This document shows, piece after piece, positions 1 to 8,158 of a DNA stretch of 55,424 nt. The DNA comes from a virus. Its lineage: Duplodnaviria; Caudoviricetes. Where the stretch lies: the IMG/VR virus record IMGVR_UViG_3300017589_000282, positions 1-55,424 of that record; one strand, 5' to 3'. The stretch's first letter is position 1; every line of letters starts with the position of its first letter. The notes beneath the pieces are model-generated. The model was not told the origin of the DNA. It did not search any database and was given only the letters and a program-made list of their open reading frames with translations. The position numbers were made by a program, and so were the translations under genes.

Positions 1-399
1 TTATCGTGTTGGGCACAATTCTTTCCATAAATATAAACCAAGAGCAAAGTACGCTGCTATAAGTGCAAGAACTTTTAATACTAATAATGCCCAAAAGAAA
101 AAACTTGGCCATTCTGGCTCATTTATCACTCTGTCTTCATTTGAATCTTGTCTTCGTTTATACAAATAGTAACCATACCAAAATAAAGATTGAGATAAGG
201 ATTGAAGAATGTCTAATAAAAAGGAAACAACAAATAGTAATGTTGGATATATCAAACCTTCAGGAATGATAGTTTTTCCATTATTAGTTATTCTAAAAAT
301 CCAAATAACAGCGATGCCAGCAAATGTTAGTTGTCGGTTTACGTTACTCAATTTTCCTGATATCTCTTCGTAAGCTAATCTTATGTCAGATAATTTCAT
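1..399 (-). CDS. Small membrane protein with about 3 TM helices; possible effector in the defence-like island
   Basis: 132-aa ORF with hydrophobic stretches LTFAGIAVIWIF, PTLLFVVSFLLDIL and FFFWALLVLKVLALIAAYFALGLYLW; starts 18 nt after the stop of 418..1020. Confidence 0.75.
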   Translation of the reverse strand: MKLSDIRLAYEEISGKLSNVNRQLTFAGIAVIWIFRITNNGKTIIPEGLIYPTLLFVVSFLLDILQSLSQSLFWYGYYLYKRRQDSNEDRVINEPEWPSFFFWALLVLKVLALIAAYFALGLYLWKELCPTR

Positions 400-417
400 A
401 TTTATTAAAATAAAAAT

Positions 418-1020
418 TTATTTTTTTCGGTTTCTTATTTGTATTAGTCCGGTTACGTTTAAACGCCTAGTTCTAGCCTTAACTCTGGGGCCAGTTCCAT
501 TTTGACTCATTGCATTAGCTCTATAAATAGCTCTCTTTATATCTCTAACTCCTGCTCCTCTCAAAATTATAATATTATCTGATACACTAATTCCAGATCC
601 TTTAATATTTATAACTTTATCGCCAACTTTAACTTCAACTCTGGGTCCAGTTCCGTTTTGATTCATCGGATTAGGACTATCAATAGCTTTTTTAATATCT
701 ATACTATCAGCTATTCTCAGAATTATAATTTTATCATAAACTCTAAACCTAATTCTCCTAATATTTATAACTTTATCGCCAACTTTAACTTCAAGTCTGG
801 GTCCAGTTCCGTTTTGACTCATTGCTTTAACTCTATTTATAGCTTTGCTTATACGTTTAGCACTAGTTTGAACCCTAGCTCTAGATCTGCTTGGACTTCT
901 AGATTCAGTTTTAAAATCGGTTTTCTTAACAAGGACTTGGTTTCCATCAATGATTGTATTAAATTTATAATGACAAATCTTTTGTTTATCATTAATGATT
1001 CTTAGTTTTTGAATACCCAT
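418..1020 (-). CDS. Basic hypothetical protein with about 2.5 tandem 52-aa repeats (core M[SN]QNGTGPR x3)
   Basis: 200-aa ORF with repeats visible in protein and DNA; TAnnTTTG promoter-like element upstream. Confidence 0.7.
   Translation of the reverse strand: MGIQKLRIINDKQKICHYKFNTIIDGNQVLVKKTDFKTESRSPSRSRARVQTSAKRISKAINRVKAMSQNGTGPRLEVKVGDKVINIRRIRFRVYDKIIILRIADSIDIKKAIDSPNPMNQNGTGPRVEVKVGDKVINIKGSGISVSDNIIILRGAGVRDIKRAIYRANAMSQNGTGPRVKARTRRLNVTGLIQIRNRKK
481..846. repeat. 156-bp imperfect tandem repeat, about 2.3 copies
   Basis: Units start at 481, 637 and 793 (aa[cg]tctggg[gt]ccagttcc[ag]ttttga...). Confidence 0.9.
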
Positions 1021-1045
1021 AATTGGATTTATTTAGTAATTTTTT

Positions 1046-1053
1046 CAAAAATA
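1046..1053 (-). promoter_or_regulatory. Bacteroidota -7 promoter element (TATTTTTG)
   Basis: Matches TAnnTTTG about 25 nt upstream of the ATG at 1020; region is AT-rich so a chance match is possible. Confidence 0.4.
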
Positions 1054-1160
1054 GAAATAAATAGTTATTAATCCATATGGTGATGGTTAAATAATGTGTA
1101 AATATAATATTTTGCATACTTGTAAAGTAACAGTTCGGGGGCGTAAATAACAACCTCTTT

Positions 1161-1209
1161 AAAAAATGAACGAGCAGATGAAGTGTAAATCCTCATCTGC
1201 TCGTTTTTT
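1161..1209. terminator. Bidirectional intrinsic terminator-like hairpin
   Basis: Perfect 13-bp inverted repeat aacgagcagatga (1169-1181) / tcatctgctcgtt (1193-1205) flanked by A and T runs, downstream of the dcm operon. Confidence 0.75.
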
Positions 1210-1298
1210 CGTTTACAAGAATAGGAAATTGTTTTATCAAGACAAAACAATTTCAACAAAAACGAATATATTAGTATTGCAAAATGGCGATATATATA

Positions 1299-2204
1299 TT
1301 ATTCAGTAATTTTCTTTGTTATTCTATCAAGATTTTTTTTATGTGTTATAATATCTCGTCTGATTTTCTTACATAGTTCAGCGTCAAAACAAACAGCCTC
1401 GCCTTTTATTTTAAAATACTCCTCTCCAGTCTCTTTTTTAAGTAGCTCTGCATGTGCAAACTGATTTCGAATAAGAATAATTTCATCTGAATACTTTTGC
1501 GCAAAATTATCTTCCTCCATAATCTTTAGTATTTCCCCTAATGCAAAAATTTTTTGACTAGAACTAAATAGAACGTTATCTTTTAAAATATCATTTAGAT
1601 TTCTTTTTTCAGCTTTTTTGTATTTTTCAGAAGCATTTTTTAATATGTTGTCAAATATTTGATCTAAAATAGGGCTTATTTTATCTTCAAGTTTTTTGTT
1701 GTTAATTTGAGATTTAACAATACTTTCCATTTGAATATCCAAGCTACTTGTTTCTTGCATTATCATGCCTCGCATTGAAACTATATGTTCAAATTTAGAG
1801 ATAGTTAATGCTATTAATTCTTCAATTTTACTTTGCAGTTCATAGTGATAACCACCACCCACAAGAGTATAAAAAGTTATCCTACTATTGTTTGCTAAAT
1901 CTACTGTTCTTAATTGATTGTTGGCAGAATAAAAAAAGACTTCTGTTAAAATATTTTTATCCATTCTTATAAAATCAATTACTTGACTACCTTGACTATC
2001 ATTTAAACTATAATCAGTAATTACTAAATCAAAACTACCATTAGAATTAAACTTATTTTTAAATTCTTCATAATCTTCAGCTGTATCAATTTCTACATCA
2101 AAAAACCTGTCATAAAGAAATTTTTTGATATTATTCACCAATATTTCAAATGGCTTTGTTTGAATTTTATCTTCAACCCAAATTATCTTGTAGTTTAATT
2201 TCAT
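1299..2204 (-). CDS. Receiver (REC) domain fused to a C-terminal HEPN-like domain
   Basis: KIIWVED...DLVITDYSL...FFYSA receiver motifs; C-terminal IRNQFAH (RxxxxH); ATGA overlap with the upstream kinase. Confidence 0.75.
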   Translation of the reverse strand: MKLNYKIIWVEDKIQTKPFEILVNNIKKFLYDRFFDVEIDTAEDYEEFKNKFNSNGSFDLVITDYSLNDSQGSQVIDFIRMDKNILTEVFFYSANNQLRTVDLANNSRITFYTLVGGGYHYELQSKIEELIALTISKFEHIVSMRGMIMQETSSLDIQMESIVKSQINNKKLEDKISPILDQIFDNILKNASEKYKKAEKRNLNDILKDNVLFSSSQKIFALGEILKIMEEDNFAQKYSDEIILIRNQFAHAELLKKETGEEYFKIKGEAVCFDAELCKKIRRDIITHKKNLDRITKKITE

Positions 2205-4492
2205 AGTGGTATTTTTATAATGAATTCAGCTCCTAAATTTATTTTTGTGTTTACTTCAATTGTAGAGTTATATTTTTCAAGTAAATTTCTAATCATATAA
2301 AGCCCAATGCCTGAACCGTTCGTTTGGGTGTAACCAAAATTAAAGATTCTTTCAGAGATTTCACTTGGAATGCCATAGCCGTTATCTCTAAATGTAAGAA
2401 TTAAATTATTATTGTCTTTGTTCCAAATTAATTCGATTTTGCTTGATTTCGCTTTTCTAGAATTTGTAAATAAATTATCTAAAGCAACGGTTATTTCAAA
2501 AGGGCGGAATTTCATTTCTTTTTTTATTGATTTCATTTTTTTGATTGAAATCTCAATTTGCCTTTCCTGATGAATAAATGATTTTGAGGGAATATAAATA
2601 TTTTCTATATACTCATTTATAAATTGCACTATATCTTCGGTTATCTTTTCTGCGTCTTTGTTAAACCCTGCTTTTGTTACATATCTAGAAGCACTTAGAA
2701 TTCTCTGAACTTCAAAACTTATATCTTTTATGTTTTCAATTAATTCTTCTTTTGGTTTATTTTCGTTAATTGAGCGAATTAGTTCGTCAAGAAAAAAAGA
2801 TACATTGCCTGCCGTATGAACTATCTGATGCTGAAGGCTCAATAATTCTTCTGTTTCTGTTCCTACGAGAGATTGCGCAAAAAGATTTTTGGCAATTTCC
2901 CTATTTAATTCTTCTGATAGTTCTTCATTCTCAATAAGTTTCTCTAGAGCTTCATTTTCAGCTTCATCCTTAATTTCTTTAAGTTTGTCTATTTTATGTT
3001 CAACACTTTTAATGCTTTTTAAAATATCTTCTTTGCTAAAATCGTTGTCATCAAGTTTTTTAGATATTTCTGCAAGGGTTGATTTCGCTGATTTTTCTTG
3101 CTTTCCTTCTAATAATTTAAATATTTCCGGTGAAACTTCGAATGAATCTATTTTTTCTGACTTGGTAAGATTGTTTATAAGCTCTTTTATCGCTAATTGT
3201 TTTTCATTACTCTCAAGTAGTATAAAATCATCGTTTGATAAGTCACTACCCCAAGACGTAATATCAATTACGTATTTTTCTAACCTCCTTAAAGTTGTAT
3301 AAAACCAATCAACAAGTTCAAGATACGCATTTGTCTTAATAATGCCATCTCCCCTACTGGAAGTTTCTCTTAAATCATCATTGGGTTCTTCTATAGCAAC
3401 ATATCCAATCACTTCCCTAGTTCCTAAGTATCTATTGTAACCTTGGGCTTTTCTATTATCCATTTTTAAAGGATCTTCATATCTGTTGCCATATGGATAT
3501 ATTCGAAGTCCATTTTTGTATATAAAAATATGACCATAATCAATAGAATGCAACCCCATTCTTCTCGTAAAAGTGTTTTTTGCAGATGTATTTAAGAAAT
3601 AGATAACATATTCAATATTAAATAAATTTGATAAGGTGTTTAGTTCTCGAATACGATATATTAACTTACCGCCCTCAAAAAGTGAAGTCTCAATAATTCC
3701 AGATTCTTTGTTCTCAATTTTGGAGACAATTTTTGTCGTTTTTAAATCTAAGGTTTCAAATATTAAATTTTCTACTTCGCCATTTACTTTTTTACGGTTA
3801 TTTATTTCTTGATCATCCTTCTCTATCTCCTCAATAACATCTATGACAATTTTAAACTCATCATCTTCGTTTTGAGTATTAGGATTAATTAACTTTGCTA
3901 AAGCATCTTTTAGTTGTAAAAACTTAGTTCTATTCCATTCACTTTTTAAGTTTGATATTTCTAAAACAGTTCCAACTTCTTGATTATAACTACTTTTACT
4001 AATAGTTTGGTGTAGAACACTGATATTTACAAACTCATCTTTAATATCTCCGTCAAATTTATCCCATAACGTGAGTAACGTTTCAACTTTAGCATTTGGT
4101 TCATCCTTAATTGTTTCTAAATATAGTTCATGACCCAATCTATCACAAGAAAACCGTCCAATTCCTTTCGCACCTGCATAGATGCGTTTATCTTTAATTT
4201 TATCACGATAACTATAGCTTTCTTCTTCCGTTCCATCTTTTTTAGCAGAATAAGCAACAAATAACCATTTATTGATTAGATCATCGTAATTCATGCCTTT
4301 TCCATTATCTTTGATGATGATTTTTCCGTTATCAGAATAAATATCAACAAAGCTAACTTTTACTCTCGTTGCATGTGCATCATAGGCATTTTTAACTAAT
4401 TCAAAAACAGCGATAAAATCATCGTTGATTAAATCGCTTCCAATAATGTTTTTTAAAGCAGAACTAATTCTAAATTGTAATTTCTCGGACAT
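2201..4492 (-). CDS. Hybrid GHKL/MORC-like ATPase plus histidine kinase, no TM segments
   Basis: N-terminal ELVKNAYDA, DNGKGM, GAKGIGRF; central coiled coil; H-box LQHQIVH; C-terminal DNLFTNSRKA, DNGYGI, GSGIGL. Confidence 0.85.
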   Translation of the reverse strand: MSEKLQFRISSALKNIIGSDLINDDFIAVFELVKNAYDAHATRVKVSFVDIYSDNGKIIIKDNGKGMNYDDLINKWLFVAYSAKKDGTEEESYSYRDKIKDKRIYAGAKGIGRFSCDRLGHELYLETIKDEPNAKVETLLTLWDKFDGDIKDEFVNISVLHQTISKSSYNQEVGTVLEISNLKSEWNRTKFLQLKDALAKLINPNTQNEDDEFKIVIDVIEEIEKDDQEINNRKKVNGEVENLIFETLDLKTTKIVSKIENKESGIIETSLFEGGKLIYRIRELNTLSNLFNIEYVIYFLNTSAKNTFTRRMGLHSIDYGHIFIYKNGLRIYPYGNRYEDPLKMDNRKAQGYNRYLGTREVIGYVAIEEPNDDLRETSSRGDGIIKTNAYLELVDWFYTTLRRLEKYVIDITSWGSDLSNDDFILLESNEKQLAIKELINNLTKSEKIDSFEVSPEIFKLLEGKQEKSAKSTLAEISKKLDDNDFSKEDILKSIKSVEHKIDKLKEIKDEAENEALEKLIENEELSEELNREIAKNLFAQSLVGTETEELLSLQHQIVHTAGNVSFFLDELIRSINENKPKEELIENIKDISFEVQRILSASRYVTKAGFNKDAEKITEDIVQFINEYIENIYIPSKSFIHQERQIEISIKKMKSIKKEMKFRPFEITVALDNLFTNSRKAKSSKIELIWNKDNNNLILTFRDNGYGIPSEISERIFNFGYTQTNGSGIGLYMIRNLLEKYNSTIEVNTKINLGAEFIIKIPL

Positions 4493-5712
4493 TATCTTAT
4501 CAGTTGTTTCAAAACTAATCCACTTTGTTCAGCAAAAAGCGGTGGAATTGCATTTCCTATTTGTGAATATCTGGGAACTTCTTGTGTTCGAAGTTTGCCT
4601 CCTGTAGTGTATTTTCCCTGAAAATGATACCAATCAGGGAATGATTGTATTCTTGCATATTCTCTTACAGTAAGAATTCTAGGTTCTGAGTAATGAATAT
4701 AATCGTCCGGTAAAGTGGTGATTGTTGGTGTTTTTGAGTTTCCATCTAGTGGAATAATTGTATGTTTTTTAATATTGAAATGCTCTCTTGTTTTAGCATC
4801 AATATCATAATTTTTCCTGCAGTTAGTTAGTATTGTTTGAAATTTCTCAATTATATCAGCTCTATGTTTGGGGAAACGATGACTATCTGCAATTTCGTTC
4901 TCAATACCGATACGCATTAGGCTTTGGTAAGGACTAACAGCTGGTGAATAAACACCTGCCTCATAGCTTTTAGTATCTGGGGATTCTCGCAAACCATTAC
5001 TTTTTAATAAATCAGATATTGCATCATTTAGATTAGTATCTACTGTCAAGTTTTTTTGAGCTAAAAACGCATGTTTATTTTCTTGTAATTTTGAAAAAAA
5101 ATGATTGGCTAATTCTTGATTCGCATTTTTCATATCTTTTCGCACTCCAACAAGAATGAAACGAGTACGTTTTTGAGGAACACCGTATTCTCCAAAGTTC
5201 ACAAGCTGTCCCTTGACAAAATACCCTGCATCATTAAGTTCTTTTTCAACAAAAGATGAGTATTCTTTGCCCTTGTCCTTATTCTTTTTGAACTCCAGAG
5301 TAAAGCCTTTTACATTTTCAAAAAATAAAATTTTGGGCTGAATTATTTTAATAAAGTTGATATAAGACGTTATCAGATTATTTCGTTGGTCGTTCTCATT
5401 TCTACGTCCAGCCATAGAAAAGCCTTGACAAGGAGGTCCTCCGGCAACCAAATCGACTTTACGATGAAGTTTTTTAAGCTCATTTGGGAAATTATCGATG
5501 ACGTAATTAATTTCCAAAGCCTTTTTTGGGAGCCATTTTGGCCATGCGAAGTGCTCTTTATTGGATATGAGATTGTATTCTAGTGTTTTAAATGCGTCTG
5601 GATTTTTTTCAATAGCGAATAAACCCTTCCATCCCGCATTATGCAATCCTAGAGATAGACCTCCACAGCCAGCGAAGATGTCTATATATATTTTTTTTTC
5701 AACAACGCTCAT
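4492..5712 (-). CDS. dcm: DNA (cytosine-5)-methyltransferase
   Basis: Motifs DIFAGCGG, GGPPCQGFS, ENVKG, PQKRTR, RILTVREYARIQSFPD, QIGNAIPP; TAATG overlap with the kinase. Confidence 0.95.
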   Translation of the reverse strand: MSVVEKKIYIDIFAGCGGLSLGLHNAGWKGLFAIEKNPDAFKTLEYNLISNKEHFAWPKWLPKKALEINYVIDNFPNELKKLHRKVDLVAGGPPCQGFSMAGRRNENDQRNNLITSYINFIKIIQPKILFFENVKGFTLEFKKNKDKGKEYSSFVEKELNDAGYFVKGQLVNFGEYGVPQKRTRFILVGVRKDMKNANQELANHFFSKLQENKHAFLAQKNLTVDTNLNDAISDLLKSNGLRESPDTKSYEAGVYSPAVSPYQSLMRIGIENEIADSHRFPKHRADIIEKFQTILTNCRKNYDIDAKTREHFNIKKHTIIPLDGNSKTPTITTLPDDYIHYSEPRILTVREYARIQSFPDWYHFQGKYTTGGKLRTQEVPRYSQIGNAIPPLFAEQSGLVLKQLIR

Positions 5713-5736
5713 TATACAATATTATTTTAACTTTCG

Positions 5737-5744
5737 CAAATGTA
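5737..5744 (-). promoter_or_regulatory. Bacteroidota -7 promoter element (TACATTTG) for the dcm operon
   Basis: TAnnTTTG consensus about 25 nt upstream of the dcm start. Confidence 0.55.
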
Positions 5745-5862
5745 GCAAATAATACATATTAAGCAATAAGATTGTTATTAAATTAATAATAAAGAAATTT
5801 TTAATGAATATTTTTTTATAACAAAATTACAATCTTTTTTTGAAGGAGTAACAAAGAATATT

Positions 5863-6150
5863 CTACTCCTTTTTCTCGAACAATCTAGAGAATAGCGCAT
5901 CAACGGATTGCCGATCCTTATTATCTGCAGCTTCATCCCTGGCCGTTGGTATAACGAATTTAAGTAGACTGTTAAAGCTGCTTACTTTATCTTTATCCTC
6001 TAATTCGTCCCATGCTCTTTTGTAATCCTCAAACTTATCGTCTGCAAATTCAGCTACAAGGGCTTTCATGCTTCGTGTAGACTTATTCTCTGTTCCTTTC
6101 TGACGTCCTCCCAATCTTCCAAGACCGTCACCTTTCTTTCTTCCTGCCAT
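5863..6150 (-). CDS. terS: Putative terminase small subunit
   Basis: N-terminal GRKKG..GGRQKGT.NK motif typical of TerS-like proteins; 95 aa. Confidence 0.55.
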   Translation of the reverse strand: MAGRKKGDGLGRLGGRQKGTENKSTRSMKALVAEFADDKFEDYKRAWDELEDKDKVSSFNSLLKFVIPTARDEAADNKDRQSVDALFSRLFEKKE

Positions 6151-6187
6151 TACTAAAGTAGTTGTATTTAGTTTTACTTCAATCCTT

Positions 6188-6241
6188 GCGAAGAATGCAA
6201 ATTTACGGGTAACATGTAGCTCGTAAATTGTATTTCTTCAT
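6188..6241. promoter_or_regulatory. Overlapping divergent pair of the late motif AATTTACG-N26-TTCTTCRY
   Basis: + copy at 6200-6207 and 6234-6241; - copy at 6222-6229 and 6188-6195; forms an imperfect palindrome centred on acatgt. Confidence 0.65.
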
Positions 6242-6274
6242 TCACGTAATTACAATCACTTAATAACGTACGGT

Positions 6275-6919
6275 ATGGATATATCAATCTTTCACTATTT
6301 AGATGTACTTCCGGCATTCATTGGCGCAGTCACTGCCGGGTTAGGTCTTGCATCCTCTGTTATAGGAGGAATTAAAGCAGGGCAACAGCGCAGAAAGCAA
6401 CAAGAGGCACTTAACAACGAAAAGGAAGTAGTAGAGAACAACTACAACAAGGATTACTACCAGGATTTTACCCAGCGGTCCGACAACCAGGCATTGCTAA
6501 AGAATCTAAAGGACAACCTTATGCAGACTTCTAAAGCGGAAGCCGGGAGAGCTGCCGTAACGGGTGCTACTCCCGAAGCCGTTGCAGCTGCAAAACAACA
6601 GTCTAACGATACATTGGCGAACGCTACCGGGCAGATTGCTGCAAACGGATCAGCCTTTAAGGACAATGTAATGAATCGCTACATGAATCAGAGGCAAAAC
6701 CTATTGTCGCAGCAAAACAGTTTAAACCAACAGTCTGCAGCAAGTTGGACCAACCTAATGCAGGGCGGAGTAAATGTAGCTGCCGGAAGTTTGGGGAGTA
6801 TGGCCAATTCAGCCTTAAATACCCCACGTGCTGACAAGACAACGGAAGCTCTTGCGGCTCCGGGAATGCCAACTCTAGGAGTATCTCAACCGAAGTACCC
6901 AACATCATTTGGAGGCTAA
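6275..6919 (+). CDS. Putative internal virion (ejection) protein
   Basis: Gly/Ala-rich hydrophobic N-terminus, Q/N/A-rich helical body, first of three genes ending in a giant protein, as in podovirus ejectosome loci. Confidence 0.6.
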   Translation: MDISIFHYLDVLPAFIGAVTAGLGLASSVIGGIKAGQQRRKQQEALNNEKEVVENNYNKDYYQDFTQRSDNQALLKNLKDNLMQTSKAEAGRAAVTGATPEAVAAAKQQSNDTLANATGQIAANGSAFKDNVMNRYMNQRQNLLSQQNSLNQQSAASWTNLMQGGVNVAAGSLGSMANSALNTPRADKTTEALAAPGMPTLGVSQPKYPTSFGG

Positions 6920-6922
6920 AAC

Positions 6923-8158
6923 ATGGGAATATTAGATATTAAGCCTCAAAAACAGGAAATTCCGGCTTCTCAACTCTCTGTGAAGCCCGTAGAATTGGAT
7001 TGGATGGACGATGATACGTATAATGCAGCTACAAGCTACATGAATCCGGATGAAATAGCAAAAGTGTACAAGGGTTACAACCCCAACGATTCACAACCGT
7101 TCTTTCAATCCATTTATAAGGAAAAGATACAGGCTCCCGAAAAGTTGGACGAAAAGCAAGTTAAGAAAGCAAGCAACCTTGCAGCTATATCGGACGCACT
7201 TACTCTTATCGGACAAGGTGCTGCCGGGTTTGCCGGGGGAAATGTTACCCCTGTTCAATCAGCACAGCCGGGCAATGATGCAAATACGAATAGATTTCGT
7301 GAATTGTATCGTGCCAGAAATGAGCGATACCAACAAGGATTGTATGGAGCAGCTACGCAAGACTACGTACAGGGGCGTATGCTTCACGATAAGGATAGGG
7401 CCGGGCTTCTTTCTGTAATTCAAAAAGCAAAAGCTCTAAAGAATCAGAAACAGATTTCAGACGCAAAGAATCAGGTGGATATGTTTAAGTTTTCGAATGA
7501 TCTTGACTTAAAGAAGAAGAGTGCGGCCGAAACAGAAAGACACAATAAGCAAGTGGAAGCTGCAGCTTATATGAGAGCTAGCAGAACAGGTTCTTCCGGA
7601 AAATCAGCTTCTACTAACAAAAACATTGTAGAGTACTACGATCCTTCTTCCGGCTCATTTCTGCAGATAGACAAGAATAGGCTTGCCGGATCAATGGCGC
7701 AGGTATTTGATGCGCTAAACTCTGATAAGAGTGTATTCACTAGTGATAATGTGAGAGCGCAATATGATGCTATGTCCCCATCAGAGCGTATAAATTTTGT
7801 TCAGCAGAACTGGACGAAGTCTAAAAAGGCAAAGGAATTGATGTATGCCATGTCTAGTGGACAAACTAAAGCGACAAACGTACCTGTAGATGATTCTGGA
7901 ATTTCTCCGGAGCTTACCAAATTGGCTGCACCTGCTTACAGCAAAGGTAATGGTCCGCTTCGTCCAATGGATCAAGCCGCAGAACAAAGCGGAGGATCAA
8001 TCCCGGAGGATCATATGAAGGATATGCAGCTCATTGTTGACCAAAACAAAGATGAAGCCACCCAAAAGACAAAGATGGCCAAGTATCTAAAGTCTCAGGG
8101 ATATAGTAAGGATGATATTAAAACTATACTAAAAACAATAACAACGGATGGCAATTGA
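6923..8158 (+). CDS. Putative internal virion (ejection) protein
   Basis: 411 aa, helical, with segment LAAISDALTLIGQGAAGFAGG; position between ejection-like genes. Confidence 0.55.
   Translation: MGILDIKPQKQEIPASQLSVKPVELDWMDDDTYNAATSYMNPDEIAKVYKGYNPNDSQPFFQSIYKEKIQAPEKLDEKQVKKASNLAAISDALTLIGQGAAGFAGGNVTPVQSAQPGNDANTNRFRELYRARNERYQQGLYGAATQDYVQGRMLHDKDRAGLLSVIQKAKALKNQKQISDAKNQVDMFKFSNDLDLKKKSAAETERHNKQVEAAAYMRASRTGSSGKSASTNKNIVEYYDPSSGSFLQIDKNRLAGSMAQVFDALNSDKSVFTSDNVRAQYDAMSPSERINFVQQNWTKSKKAKELMYAMSSGQTKATNVPVDDSGISPELTKLAAPAYSKGNGPLRPMDQAAEQSGGSIPEDHMKDMQLIVDQNKDEATQKTKMAKYLKSQGYSKDDIKTILKTITTDGN

Noticed and set aside
481-846. 156-bp repeats as a DGR template/variable pair or CRISPR array
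   Set aside because: Mismatches are not confined to adenines, no reverse transcriptase or cas gene is in the window, and the repeats are in-frame coding units without spacers.
1068-1259. 63-aa ORF between the REC gene and the repeat gene
   Set aside because: It starts at TTG, runs through the terminator hairpin and has no recognisable features.
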